Below, one piece after another: positions 47,195 through 63,400 of a stretch of DNA of 64,000 bases; positions within the stretch are counted from its first letter, which is position 1; each line of letters begins with the position of its first letter. A program made the position numbers and the translations under genes. The DNA is from the human T2T-CHM13v2.0 reference genome, Homo sapiens. The DNA is taken from the NCBI RefSeq assembly GCF_009914755.1, contig NC_060935.1, one strand, 5' to 3'. Below the pieces are notes generated by a model. It saw nothing but the letters and a program-made list of their open reading frames with translations, was not told the DNA's origin and ran no database searches.

Positions 47195-49800
47195 GAGGAA
47201 GTCAAAATCTCTCCCCACAAAACAACAATAATACCAGACAAAATTGTTAAAAGCAACTGTTTCAGGGCTCTAGAAATGGAATAAATGCAAGAAAGAAATG
47301 GAGAAGCATTTATCCAAGAGAAACTGCCAAACTTCAGGTAAGAACAATGGGAGTCTTTGACTCCTTGCCTAAATGGTAGGGGGTTACTCCCATCCCTTCC
47401 TGCCATTGGTGTGGTAATTCTGTTAGGGTACAGCAGGCCGTGAAAACTAACAGCTTGGCTGCCAGAGGTAATGCGCTTGATTTGGAGCAGGTGAAAAGCC
47501 CCTGTCCGGTGGCATTGACAGTGAAAGTAATGACCCTCAGTAGCAAGAGAACAAGGAAGGCCAACAGTTCTGGTAGTGAGAGAGCTATCCCAAGTGGGTC
47601 AAGCAACAGACTGGCAAACTAGCCCAAAACTTAATTAACAGAGATCCTGGAAATGAGACAGTTACAGAGGGGTCTGAAGGGCTGTCCACACATTTCTGGC
47701 TGACTTAGAAGCCTCTGCACACATGCAGGTAAAACTAGAGAGATCCCATGGTACCCATTTGTCCCTGGTTGGCTGGGAATCTGCATGAACGTATGAAGGA
47801 AATGTGACAGGGCTGATCCGAAAGGAAAAGTGGGATAGACCTGAAAACTGCTTGAACTTTTGCTCCCTAACCCTGCACAGACCCATGGGCAGAGGTTGGA
47901 AGCCTAGTAGGCTCAAGAGATGCAAACACAACCTGTAACCAATCATTGCCTGATCACTAAGCTGTGTGTCAGCAAGTCAGGCTTAAAAATAAAAACAAGA
48001 ATTTGAAAAGAAAAACTGGAAAAAAGAAGAAAAGAAACTGAGTAGAGACATCAAATAGCCACACATCACAGGGGAGACAGATTTTGTAGATTTAGTCAGG
48101 GCAAATTACTAAAGAAATAACACACGTGAAAAATTACAGTTGAGAGTTGCTACAATATATTTTCTAAAACATCTAGTTTTTTAAAATTATGATTATGTCT
48201 GTAATTTATTATGGTTATGTCTGTAAGGAATGGCTACAGAAAACAAACAGAAAAACAAACACTAATGGGACAAAAAAAACAGGAAAGGGTGGTTCATATT
48301 CAGGGAAGATAATCAGTCAATAGAAACTGTCTCTGAGAGAGCCTAGATGTTAGGTTTAGTAAACAAAGACTTCAACACAGCTATTATACATGTGTTCAGG
48401 AAATACAGGAAACTATGCATGTCATGTTTAAATATTTAAAGAAATGTATGATGACAGTGACTCAATAAATCTCAATAAAACAGAAACTGTAAAAAAGAAC
48501 CAAATGCAAATTCTGGAGATGAAAAATACAGTAACTAAAATTAAAAATTCACTACAGGAATTCAACAGCAGATTTGAGACACAGAAGAAAGAATCAGTGA
48601 ACTTAAAGATAGATCAATAGAAACTGCCAATCTGAAGAACCTGAGAGAAAAAAATGAACAGAGCCTCAGAGATCTGTGGGACAACATCAGGCATACCAAC
48701 ACACATGTCACAGACTCCTACAAGGAAAGGAGAAGAAAGGGCAGAAAAAAAATGTATGAAGTAACAGCCAGAAACTTCCTACATTTGATGAAAATCATGA
48801 ATCTATGAAAACTTCAAATCGGATAAATATTAAGGGATCCACACCTAGGCATATCCTGGTCAAATAATTGACAGGCAAAGACAAAAAGAGGCTGGGTGTA
48901 GTGGCTCACGCCTGTAACCCCAGCACCCCAGCACTTTGGGAGGCTGAGGTGGGCAGATCACTTGAGGTCAGGAGTTCGAGACCAGCCTGGCCAACATGGT
49001 GAAACCCCCGTCTCTACTAAAAAATACAAAAATTAGCTAGGCATGATGGCACATGCCTGTAATCCCAGCTACTCAGGAGGCTGAGGCAGGAGAATCGCTT
49101 GAACCTGGAAAGTGGAGCTTGCAGTGAGCCGACATCATGCCTGCCACTGCACTCCAGCTTGGGCGACCAAGTAAGACACTGTCTAAAAACAGACAAAGAC
49201 AAAAAGAATAAGAATGTCTTGAAAGCAGCAAGAAAAAGATAACTCCTCAAGTTTTTTATTGTAACAGTATGAATGTTTGCTGACTTCTCAGCAGAAACAG
49301 TGTAGGGTAGAAGGCAATGGAATGACATATTCAAAGTACTGAAAGAAAAAACGAAACAAAACAAAATTTTTATATCTAGCAAAAGTATTCTTCAAAAATG
49401 AAGGCAAAATAAAGACATTACTAGATAAACAAAGACTAGGAATTGCTTGCTACGAGATCTACCTGAAAGAAGTTTTTTTGACTGAGAGGAAAATTCTACC
49501 AATGGACAGTAATTTAGATCCACAAGACTAAAGGAAGAACACCAAAATTGCCAAATATTTGGGTAAATGTAAGATAATATATAAAAATAGCTGAGGCTTA
49601 AAGTAGTAAAGAACATTCTCCTGGTAAGAGGAAAATGATAACAATGGAAACTTGAGTCAATTTAAAGGAATAAAGAATGCTAAAAATAGTAAGTATGTAG
49701 GTAAACATAAGAAATTTTCTAATGTTGTAATTTTTCTAAATGGTAATTGACAGTAAAAAGCAAAAATAATAACAATGTATTATGGAGTTAAAACATGTAG
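47195..49800 (+). mobile_element. Ancient L1M 5' region and ORF1 remnant
   Basis: A-rich ORF1-like AACAGCAGATTTGAG..GAAAGAATCAGTGAACTTAAAGATAGATCAATAGAAA, GCTGACTTCTCAGCAGAAAC. Confidence 0.8.
48890..49188 (+). mobile_element. AluSx-like within L1
   Basis: TSD ACAG(G/A)CAAAGACAAAAAGA. Confidence 0.95.
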
Positions 49801-50120
49801 AATAGAGAGTAAAGGGGTGATTCCTGGAGGCTGGGAAGGTTAGGGGGTAGTGGGAGGGAAGTGGGTTAGTTAATTGGTACAAAAAGAAAGAATGAATAAG
49901 AGCTAGTATTTGCTAGCACAACAGTGTGACTGTAATCAGAAATAATTGTGATATAAAAATAACTAATTATTGTCTGTGACACAAATGATAAATGCTTAAG
50001 ATGATGGATACCCCATTTACCCTGATGTGATTATTAGGTATTGCATGCCTATATCAAAGCATCTCAAATAACCTATAAATATATACACCTTCTATATACC
50101 CACAAAAATTAAAAATAAAT
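49795..50120 (+). mobile_element. L1MA-like 3' end
   Basis: GATGGATACCCCATTTACCCTGATGTGATTATT..ACCCACAAAAATTAAAAATAAA. Confidence 0.83.
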
Positions 50121-50250
50121 TTTTAAAATTTAGAAATGAAATATACGGCCATAATAACAAAAGACATAAGGAAAAAAAAATACCTGAGACTCTCTTGTAG
50201 TTTGTTGAGTGTAATTGGCATAATCCTTTTGAAAGCTAGTTGGGCAGTAG

Positions 50251-50570
<320 letters not shown>

Positions 50571-50737
50571 TGCCATTAAAAATTTAAATGTTTAGTCCTT
50601 TTGACTTAGCACTTTCAGTTTTAAGAACACATATCATAGAAACACTACAATAACTTTGTAATAACTAAGAACTATAAAAAAGTCAAATGCCCATCAGAAA
50701 GGGACTGATTAAGTAAGTAGTATATTTATTTTGACTA

Positions 50738-51516
<779 letters not shown>

Positions 51517-51805
51517 AACACGCACTTTTTTTTCTTCAGCCTTTTAATAGTGATCTTCTCTGGCGATTTATAGGATTGTTCCACTTTATTATATATTTCC
51601 AAAATAAGAGGTTTTTTTCCTACTGTGTGTTTCTACTTTTTCTACTTTTCAAACTATTACTTTAAAAACAAATATTTTATAAACATACACATTTTAAAAA
51701 GTAGCTCATAGCATAACATTAACTTTGTATTTGAAATCGTGAGATGAAATCAAGTACCCGGTCTATAAACAGCACTTTCTACATCCATTCCACATCTTGT
51801 GTTCA

Positions 51806-51832
51806 TGTGTGTGTGTGTGTGTGTGTGTGTGT
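51806..51832. repeat. (TG)n microsatellite
   Basis: Uninterrupted TG run. Confidence 0.95.
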
Positions 51833-51859
51833 TTTACATGTCTGTTCAGTACATTATAA

Positions 51860-52252
<393 letters not shown>

Positions 52253-54076
52253 TAACAGACCATCTGTGAATATTTATACTTTATTAAAGACATATAAAAT
52301 AGTAATTATTCTCTACAGCAATTGGAATCCAATACAGTAATCTATATACAGTTATTTGATCCACTGACATACGTTCTTTCTCTTTCTCCCAAAAATAACC
52401 ATTGAGACTAACAAAACCAAAACAAAACCGAAACAAAGAGCTCTAGCTTTTCCCATCTTCTCCAGTTACTAAATGTAGAACAGACTGGGTTTTGCTGACT
52501 TCTAGGCAGGAAACAGATTCTATTTCTAGGAACAGAATTCCTATATCTAACTGAGCTATTCTTTTTCTTTTATGTTGTTTCCTTTTCACTAAAATAGAAA
52601 AAAAAAAAGAAACATTTTAAGCCTTTCTACCTTTGCTATATGACTTTATCACATGCAACATTTGGAATATTTGATCTAATAAATTTCTAAAGACAATTAG
52701 GACTTTGCCACTGAAGTGTTATTGTTCATTACTTGAAAACGTGTTACTTTTAAATGTTTTGTTTATAGCACTATGCCTTTAAAAGTAAGGTGTTATATTT
52801 AAAAATCCAAAAAGTAAATTACTTTCTGTTGGATTAGAGGAAATTTCCATTAAGGGAGATTGAAGTGGTTGCATAAACCCTCCTACAGATAACAATTGAA
52901 AGATCTGGGTAAAATATAAGAAACAACTAAAAGCATCCAAAAGCTGTCCCTAGAACCTGAGGAGAATTGACTCCTGAAACACTATAATAGAAGGAGCAAG
53001 AATTGCAAGTTTGTGACTTTTTTGCCAGAGGTTATGCATCAGTACCCATGGTGGTTTCAGTAGAAAGAAATGATAGTGGAAAGCTGCAGCCTTACAGATG
53101 AGAGGTGCCAAAGAAGAGAAGTCAGGGATGGAAGACAAGCTGGAAAGTTCAGGGGGGAATCCTGGAAACAAGAGAGGACTACAGAAAGGGGGAGGCCCCA
53201 CATCTGAGTGAAAACTGCCCAAATTCCTGGTTGACTATTAAACTCTAAATGTATAGTGAAATCCCAGGGAGCCCAGCAAGACAAAAACAAAAATAAAAAC
53301 CAGCCAACCAATGAAACAAAGCAAGCAGGCAGAGGCTAGAGAGGAATCTACCCTTAAAAGACAGACCTATACTAGATGAGATCTGTGAGGTTCATGCTTT
53401 TTAAAACAGTATATCCCTAAACTGTGAGCAGCGAAGCAGTGGAAAGCTGAAGCCTTACTGGCTTGGGGTTCAGAGGAAAGACCCTAATATTGCCCAAGCA
53501 GCTGAAAACTTAGGAGGAAATCACAAGAACACAAAAGTCACAGAGTGTGAGCCCCTAAATCTGAGTATGATCAGCCTAAATCCCTGGCTGTCTGCCAGAT
53601 TACACAGAAGCATGGGAGACCCCAGGGAGCTAGGCTAGACGTTGTAAGAGCTGAGCAGAGATAGCAGCTGCTTCATACGACAGGAGAGACAGTTCGCAGT
53701 TTGAATCCAGGCAAGTTAACTGCCTACTAGAATATAAAAAGAGAAAGTTCTCAGAAGAACACAGTAGAATCCAGAGTTGCTATAACATCTTATCTACAAT
53801 GCCAAGTTTTCAATCTACAATTACTAGACATGTAAATAAAATGGAAAGTCTAACTCATACTCAGGAAGAAAAGCAGTCAGTAGAGACTGACTCTGAGCAT
53901 CTAAGTGGGTACAGTGTTGGATTTTGCAGGCAGACTGCAAAGCCACTGTGCTATGATCAAAGAATTAAAGGAAAAATAAGTGAACAGATAGAGAAATTGT
54001 AACAAAGAAATGGAAAGTGAAAAAATGGAAGTTGTAGAGCTCAAATAAGTAATAGCTGAAATAAAAACTCACTGGA

Positions 54077-54380
<304 letters not shown>

Positions 54381-54746
54381 TCAACAGCAGTTTTGAAATG
54401 ACAGAGAAAAGAATCTGTGCCGTTGAAGATAGATCAATAGAAATTATCCCATCCAATGAAGAGAGGAGCAAAGATTGAAGAAAAGTGAGTAGAGCCTCAG
54501 AGACTTGTAGGACGATATCAGGTAGCCTAACATAAGTGTACTTGGAGTCTTAGAAAGGGAAGAGAAAAATAGGCAAAAAACAATATTTGAAGAAATAATA
54601 TCCCCAAACTTCTTAAATATGGTAGAAAACACTATAGATTCAAGAAGTTCAGTGGAGTCTGAGCACAAAGGAAAAGCACTCATAGGCATATCATAGTCAA
54701 ATTGCTGAAACCAAAGATAAAAAGAAAATCTTAAAAGCAGATAGAG

Positions 54747-54851
54747 ATCCTTTTGCAGCTCATGAGTGTGACGATTGGGTGTTCATGCATGTGTGTGAGG
54801 TGTGCCACCCTCTGAACCTTGTTACAACATCAGCACATTACGTCTCTGAAC
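54747..54851 (+). pseudogene. U13 (SNORD13) box C/D snoRNA retrocopy
   Basis: Full-length match to remembered U13 sequence ATCCTTTTG..GATTGGGTGTTCAT..TGTGCCACCCT..GAACCTTGTTAC..GCACATTAC..CTGA; box C altered to GTGACGA; TSD AAGCAG(A/G)TAGAG. Confidence 0.9.
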
Positions 54852-55251
54852 TTGCATGGGGAGGGGAAGCAGGTAGAGAAAAGTGACACATTACATAAAA
54901 GGGATCAGTGTTACAAATGTGACTGACTTTTCATCAGAAATGAAGGAGGCCAGAAGACACTGGAACAGTATAGTCAAATACTGAGAGAAAAACCCTGTCA
55001 ACCAAGAATCCAGTATCCAGAGAAACACATTTTCAAAAATGAGGGCTAAAGACATTTTCAGAAAAACAAAAATTGAGAGAATTCATCACCAGCAGACTTC
55101 CACTAAAAGAAGTTTTCAGAATGAAGGGAAATGATACCAGGTGGTAACTCATCTACAGGAAGAAATAAAGGGCATTGGAAATAGTAAATATGTAGGTAAA
55201 TATAAAAGACTATGATTTTTTTCCTTCTCTAATTTCTTTAAGATACATATG

Positions 55252-55420
55252 TGTTTTTTTTTGAGATGGGGGTCTCACTATGTTGCCCAGGCTTGAGTGT
55301 GTTGGCTATTCACAAGGACAATTATGGTGCACTATAGCCTTGAACTCCTGGGCTCAAGCTATCATCCTGCTTCAGCCTCCTGAGTAGCAGAGACTACAGG
55401 CATGTGCCACTGTGCCTGCT
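55252..55420 (-). mobile_element. FAM (fossil Alu monomer)
   Basis: TGGCTATTCACAAG..GCACTATAGCCTTGAACTCCTGGG segment diagnostic of FAM. Confidence 0.85.
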
Positions 55421-55475
55421 GGTGACATAAGAAACAAGATTTTAAAGATTTTATAACACTCTAGTGCTGGGTTTA

Positions 55476-55622
<147 letters not shown>

Positions 55623-55625
55623 CCT

Positions 55626-55925
<300 letters not shown>

Positions 55926-56281
55926 CCTTTTAAACATAATATGTATATAGGTGTAATTATGACAACAGTAGCACTAAGATGGGGCAGGGCAAATGGAAAT
56001 TTACTGTTGTAAGATTTGTACATTTTACCTGCTTAGAAGAGACACACTTTAAACACAGAGACACAGGTTAAAAGTGAAAGGATGGAAAAAGATTATACCA
56101 TGAAAAGAATACACATAAGAAAGCTGAAGTGGCGATATTAACATCAAATGAAATAAATTTTAAGATGAGGAATATTGCTAGAGATTAAGGATACTTTATA
56201 ATGATAAAAGGGTCAGTATCTTACAGAGCTATAAAAATCTTCAATGTGTATGTCCCTGATAACAGAGCTTCAAAATACTGA

Positions 56282-56580
<299 letters not shown>

Positions 56581-58326
56581 AGAGGCTACTAGGACTGGTA
56601 AGTGAGTTTAGCGAGATACAGTAGGATCTCACTACTGTAAGAATACAAGGTCAGTATATCAAGAAAACCATTTATGTTTTGGTCAGAATACCAAAATAAC
56701 AGATAACTGGAAAAAAAATTTTAAGTATAGTATTCCACTTGCCATATCATCCAAATACATGAAGTACTAGGGATAAATTTAACAAAATGTATGTAAAACT
56801 TACATACTGAAAACTACAAAATATTAGTATAAATAGGCTCGTGGATTGGAAATCTCAGTATCATAAACATAATCAATTTTCTACAAATTCATCTGTAGAT
56901 TCAATACATTCTCAATCAAAATTTCTGCGTATTTTTGTTGTAGAAATTGAAAAGCTGGTTCTAGAATGTGTATGGAATGCAAAGTACTTAAAACTGGCAA
57001 AGCCAGCAAAAATTGAGGACTGACTTCTACAGCACCGCAAGGCTGTGATACTGGCAAAATAATAGACATGTACATAAATGAGAAGATGGAATCCAGAAAG
57101 AGATCCACACGTAAATAGACAATTGATTTGCAGCAAAGGTCCTGAGGCAATTCAATGGGGAAAGGAACATCTTTTCAACACATGGTACAGCAGCAACTAA
57201 ATATCTGTGTGGAAGAAAACAAACATTAACCCATACCTTATACGCTGCCCAGAAAGCTCAAAACGGACCAAAGTCCTAAACGAGTTAAAACTATAAAGCT
57301 TCTGGAAAAATTATAGGGGAAAACGTTCATGTGACTTCTGGGTGTGAAAAGATTTTCTAAGTAGGATACAAAAAGCACATACCATAAAATAAATGAATGC
57401 TAAATTGGACTTTATCAAAATTGAAATGTGCTTTTTCAGAAAGGAATGAAGAAAATGTACAATATGGGATAAAATGTTTACAATAGATAAATCTGACAAA
57501 GGATTGTAAAGAACTCTTACAGTTCAGTAATAGTAACCCCATTTTTTAAATGCACAAAAGATTTCAAAGTATACTTCACAAGGTAAGATAAAACAGTGGC
57601 CAGGAGCTACATAAAATACTTCATATTATTAATTATCAGAGAAAAGCAATTTCCAGCCATAATGAACTACCGCTCTTTACCCTCTACGTATGGCTAAAAT
57701 TTAAGAGACTGATAGCTCCAGGTGTTGGCAAGGATGTGGCACAAGCAGAACTTTCATATCCTCTGTTGAGAATGTAAAGTAGTACTAGTTTAGAGAACAG
57801 TAGCTTGTTTTAAAGTTAAACAACAGTTACTCAAGGATACAGTAATTCCATGCCTAGATATTTATCTGAGAGGAATGAAAACGCAGAGGCTTCTCCATGA
57901 GTGTTTGTAGCAGCGTATTCATGACGGCCAAAGGCTGGAAACAATCCGGGGGCTCATCAGGTGAATGGATGAACAAACTGTGCTGTCCCAGTCCAATGAG
58001 AGCTCTGAGCAGGAAAAAGGAGCTCTAGACAGCATGGATCTGGCTCAAAAACATGCTTTGTGAAAGAAGCCAGACCCAGAGGTGTACATGCTGTATATTT
58101 ATATAAAAGTCTCAAAGGTGCAAACCAGTGGATAGTGACAATAAAATAAAGGAGTGATTGCCTGGGGCTTGGGTGGAGGGAAGATTGCAAAGAGGCGTAA
58201 AGGAACTTTCAAGGGTGATGGAAATGCTCAGTGTCTTTATTGTGGGGGTGTTTCCACTGGTATATTGTATGTAAATTTTGTTTATTGTCTGTAAATTATA
58301 TCCTCCACAAAGTTGTTTCATTTTTT

Positions 58327-58331
<5 letters not shown>

Positions 58332-58362
<31 letters not shown>
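58332..58362. repeat. (TA)n microsatellite
   Basis: Uninterrupted TA run next to an Alu tail. Confidence 0.95.
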
Positions 58363-58365
<3 letters not shown>

Positions 58366-58652
58366 TTTTTTTTTTTAAGACAGAGTCTTGCTCTGTCCCC
58401 CAGGCTGGAGTGCAGTGGTGTGTGATCTCGGCTCACTGCAACTTCTGCCCCCCGGGTTCAAGCCATTCTCCTGCTTTCCGCAGCTGGGATTACAGGCATG
58501 TACCACCACGCCCAGCTAATTTTTGTGTTTTTAGTAGAGATGGGGTTTCACCATGTTGGCCAGGCTGGTCTTGAACTCCTGGCCTTAAGTGATCCATCCG
58601 TCTTGGCCTCTCAAAGTGCTGGGATTGCAGGCGTGAGCCACTGCACCTGGCC
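58363..58652 (-). mobile_element. AluS-like
   Basis: Antisense dimer; flank AAAGTTGTTT repeated. Confidence 0.93.
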
Positions 58653-58680
58653 TAAAGTTGTTTTTTAAAAAAATCTTTCC

Positions 58681-58976
58681 GGCTGGGCATGGTGGCTCAT
58701 GTCTGTAATCCCAGCACTTTGGGAGGCCGAGGCAGGCGGATCACAAGGTCAGGAGATCGAGACCATCCTGGCTAACACGGTGAAACCCTGTTTCTACTAA
58801 AGATACAAAAAATTACCCGGGCGTGGTGGTGGGCACCTATAATCCCAGCTACTGGGGAGGCTGAGGCAGGAGAATGGCGTGAACCTGGGAGGCGGAGCTT
58901 GCGCGAGCCGAGATGGCGCCACTGCACTCCAGCCTGGGCGACAGAGCGAGACTCTGTCTCGAAAAAAAAAAAAAAT
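58681..58976 (+). mobile_element. AluY
   Basis: Y-diagnostic motifs; TSD AAAAAAATCTTTCC. Confidence 0.95.
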
Positions 58977-60074
58977 CTTTCCATGGTTTAATAAAGGCAG
59001 CTATTCAGTATTCACTCTCTAGGTGATGATTATACTTTAGGTTGTTTATTCTCTTTCCCAGAACCTCTTTCTTGTTCAGGTATCAGATTCTTCTTTGTGG
59101 TGATGTTCTTCTAGGAAGAATGTTCTGACCCCAAGTTCTGGTCATTTTGCTTTGTTTGATAATTTTGTCTCCCCTCAATTACGTAGGATGGTACATGTTA
59201 CCAAGTTGTGACCAATGACAAATGAACAGATGTCTTCAGGGTCAGGAGAGACTTTTAGAAAAGATGGAGAAATGAGATGGATTATATTTCCTCCCTCCCC
59301 AACCCCACTAAAATGACAGTAAAGGAATTTTCTTTTAAAAAAGTTACAAATCTATAAGGATGAAGAGATTGGGAGAGGAGATCACAGTGGGCCAGAATTT
59401 TTCCCTACAAAATTTTGAAAACTGAAATGTAGGTGCATATATGATGAGTCATTTAGGTTTCAACTTCATCTGCTCCACTAAGTATTTGCAGTGGAGGAAG
59501 CTAACAGGAAGCAATCCTGTTTTCAGCCACATGTGGGCCATGTTCTGAGATAAGTTTTAGGTACCTGTGAATATAGGATATACACTGGGGCTGAAAACAG
59601 GAAAATGAGTTGAAAGTCTGAATGTGGAAGAGTTAGCACCCCAGATCCCCATCCCCAAAGAATATGTGTGTCAAAGTCTAACCTGGGGAAACCCTGTTAT
59701 AAATGAGGGTGGGAGGCAGGTTTCTTACCCAAAATAGTAGATCAAGTTGAAGTCTGCATATTCAGCCAGATCTTTCCACCTACCTTCCTGTCTTGGCTGT
59801 GGGACTTGTTATCACAGACACCATCTCTGCCCACCAAGACATTGAAAGACCTCAGAGCAACTGACCCATCCTTGGCTCCTAGAATACTCATTTATAAGCC
59901 CCTCAGCCAGGACATTATCACATTTCTGTCTGGGGAAATTGACTAGCCTATGGGAAAAAAAAAAAAACCTAACATGGTATTTAGAATTTCCTTATCCCAT
60001 CACATGCTGTGAGGTCCCACAGGAAGCAAGCGGTGCTTATCCACATAGAATTTCTAGTTAGCTCTTTAGCACCT

Positions 60075-60376
60075 CTTTTGTTTTTTGAGACAGGGTCTGG
60101 CTCTGTTGCCCAGGCTGGAGTGCAGTGGCATGATCACAGTCTTGGCTCACTGCAGCCTCCTTCCCCTGGACTCAAGTGATCTTCTCACCTCAGCCTCCCG
60201 AGTAACTGAGACTACAGATACGCGCCACCACACTTGGCTAATTTTTTTGTATTTTTTGTAGAGACAAGGTTTTGCCATGTTGCCCAGACTAGTCTCGAGC
60301 TCCTGAGCTCAAGTGATCCACTGGCTTTGGCTTCCCAAAGTGCTGGGACTACACGTGTGAGCCACTGTGCCCGGCC
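60075..60376 (-). mobile_element. AluJ-like
   Basis: Antisense dimer. Confidence 0.92.
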
Positions 60377-60523
60377 TGCACTTTGAAAAACAAATTCCTT
60401 AGAGATAAGATGTTACATCAAGGAAACAAGAGCAGGATGCCATGTAAAGGAACTATTCAAGAATGTTCTTGAGAATTGAAAAATCTCACTAAGTGAAGAT
60501 TGCAGTAAAGCAGTTGGAAGATA

Positions 60524-60800
60524 GGCCGGGCGTGGTGGCTTACAACTGTAATTCCAACACTTTGGGAGGCCAGTGTTGATGGCTCACTTGAGACCAGGAC
60601 TTTAAGACCAGCCTGTGCAATATGGTGATGATACCCTGTCTCTACAAAAACAGAAAAAACTAACTGGGTATGGTGGGGCACACCCCTAGTTCTAAGTACT
60701 TGGGTGGCTGAGGTGGGAGTATTGCGTGAGCCCAGGAGTTCTAGGCTGCAGTGAGCTATGACCACACCACCACACTCCAACCTGGGTGGCAGAGAGAGTA
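60524..60800 (+). mobile_element. AluJ-like, diverged
   Basis: Dimer; TSD GTAAAGCAGTTGG. Confidence 0.9.
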
Positions 60801-61229
60801 AAGTAAAGCAGTTGGTCAAAGATAATAGACAATAAGTGGAAGAAAAAAGAAAATTAAAGGACATCTAGGAGGTCCAACATCTGACTATTGGAGTTCTAGA
60901 AAGATGAAGGACAAGGCATTATTTAAAAAGCAACACAAGAGGTTTTCCCCAAAAATGTCTCAGATGGATAAGAGCTCACCCAGTGTCCAGAATGAAAAAA
61001 GTGATGAAAAAGACCCTCAACAGAGTACATTGTCATGAAATTTTGTGACACTGATGACAAATTTTAAAAGCATCAGAGAGAAAAGTCACATAAAAATGAT
61101 CTAAAACAAGTGACATTAGACCAGTTAACAATAGCACTGGGATCTATAAGATAATAGATGAATGCCATCTAAAGCCTGATGGAAAAATTTTCAGTCTATA
61201 ATTCTACACCTAGTCAAACTGTCAAATCA

Positions 61230-61560
<331 letters not shown>

Positions 61561-62324
61561 ATATTGAGTCAAAGAGTATGTGCATATGCAAGGTGGGGAG
61601 ACATTACCAAACTGCCCTCCATAGGGGTGTGCCAGTTACATTCCCACAAGCTAGGTACCAGTGCCTGCTTCCCCACAGCCTGGCCAAGAGATTGTCGTAG
61701 GTTTTTCAGTTTTGGGGGTGGGGGAGCGGGTGGTATTTGCTGATCTGGTAAATGTAGGATGGCAGCTGTTTAGTGTTGATCAATCCACCCTTATGAGACT
61801 GACATGGAAGGTTACTCCACTTTCACAGAAACAGTGGAAAAAGTCCAGCTATCTTTACATTTAACAAGCTGTAAGGAAATGCTAATGGATTAAGAAATTA
61901 ACCACAGGACCTAATTAGAAAAAGATCTGGCAACATGCCCAGCTCATCCAGCGGGAGAGGGAGAAAATATTCTGCATTCGTGACACTGTTTAGAAAGGGG
62001 TAATTTAAATGCCCTTTAATCTGGGCTAGTATTGTCCAATTAAGAAGTCTGTTAGGATGATAACACTTGGGTTTTTTAATACTTAGTGTGGTGAAGCAGA
62101 TTTATTTTCTCCCCTTAGTATATTTATATTGAATGGTAAAGGTTATAGTTTAATTAAATAAGCTACACATTTCCTGTTTTCTTTTAAACCACTGTGCTAG
62201 GAGTTAGATTCATTAAGAGTTGGACATGGTCTCTGTTCTTCAACACATTAGCGCAATGTGACTGTAATTCAAATTGGAGTTTGACACCCAAGTTTTATAT
62301 CTAATTTAGGCAGCCTAACCTAGT

Positions 62325-62500
62325 TAACACAGATTGGTGCTAGATCCTGGCTGACACCTACTAGCTGCGTGACCTCAGGTAAACTACTGAAGTTTTCTGC
62401 ACCTCAGTTTTCTCAAATATAAAATAAAGATTATAATTGTTTTGAAGATTAAATTATATACATTGCACATAACAGTATCTGGCTTATAGTGTTATATGTT
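62325..62500 (+). mobile_element. MIR
   Basis: CTACTAGCTGCGTGACCTCAGGTAA..CACCTCAGTTTTCTC. Confidence 0.75.
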
Positions 62501-62617
62501 TGCCAGTATGATGTTACACCCCCACAAATTGTGAAAGTTTTGTTTAAAAATATATTTTCCTGATTAAAAAAATTAATGCATGATCTTTATAGGAAATGTG
62601 GGATATATAGAAAAGCT

Positions 62618-62929
62618 TATTTTTTTTTGAGATGAGGTCCCTTGGCCAAGATGGAGTACGGTAGCCCTAACATGACTCACTGTATCCTCAATCTCCTGGG
62701 CTCGAGTGATTCTCCCACCTCAGCCTCCCAAGTAGCTAGGACTACAGGCATGTGCCACCATGCCTGGCTGATTTTTTTTTTTTTTTTTTTTTTTGGCAGG
62801 GGAGTGAGGGTGGGGATGACGTCTCACTACGTTTCCCAGGCTGGTCTTGAACTCCTTAGGCTCAAGCGATCCTCCTGCCTCGGCCTCCCAAAGTGCTGGG
62901 ATTATAGGTGTGAGCCACTGCACCTGACC
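62618..62929 (-). mobile_element. AluJ-like
   Basis: Antisense dimer with expanded central T-run. Confidence 0.9.
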
Positions 62930-63004
62930 AAAAAGCATTTTTTAAAAACTCATCTATCACCTCACCACTAATAGAACAGTGTTAGCATCTGGGCACATCC
63001 TCAG

Positions 63005-63205
63005 AGGCAGTCTTGCTTGCATTGTGGTTAAGAACATGGACTCTGAAGCCACCTACCTGGGTTCATTTTCAGGTCCCGCTGTTTACTAATCTCTGTTCAT
63101 CTCTCTCAGTTTCCTCATCTGTAAGATGTGGCTAATAGTACCCCTCACTTAGTGAGGATAAAAGATGCTAATATATGTAGAGCATCTAGAATAGGCGAGG
63201 CAGAG
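63005..63205 (+). mobile_element. MIR
   Basis: GTGGTTAAGAACATGGACTCTG..CTCAGTTTCCTCATCTGTAAGATG. Confidence 0.82.
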
Positions 63206-63400
63206 GTAAGTGTATGTGTTTGTGTTGTTGTTGTTATTCTGTGTGTATGGCCAAAGTTTAAAGAAATTTCATCAGCCTCTGAAATAGAGAATATATATAT
63301 GGCACTCATGAGTGGTGCCGGCAGGCAAGAAGTGCTACAGGGGATAAACAAACATACACAAATATGTAATTTCCGTGACTGGCAGATGGCTGAAAGGCAC

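Noticed and set aside
47188-47946. Overlapping 60-94 aa ORFs on both strands
   Set aside because: They lie in an old L1 5' region and have no recognisable domain
63200-63212. Strong donor GAG|GTAAGT
   Set aside because: At the end of a MIR with no convincing paired acceptor
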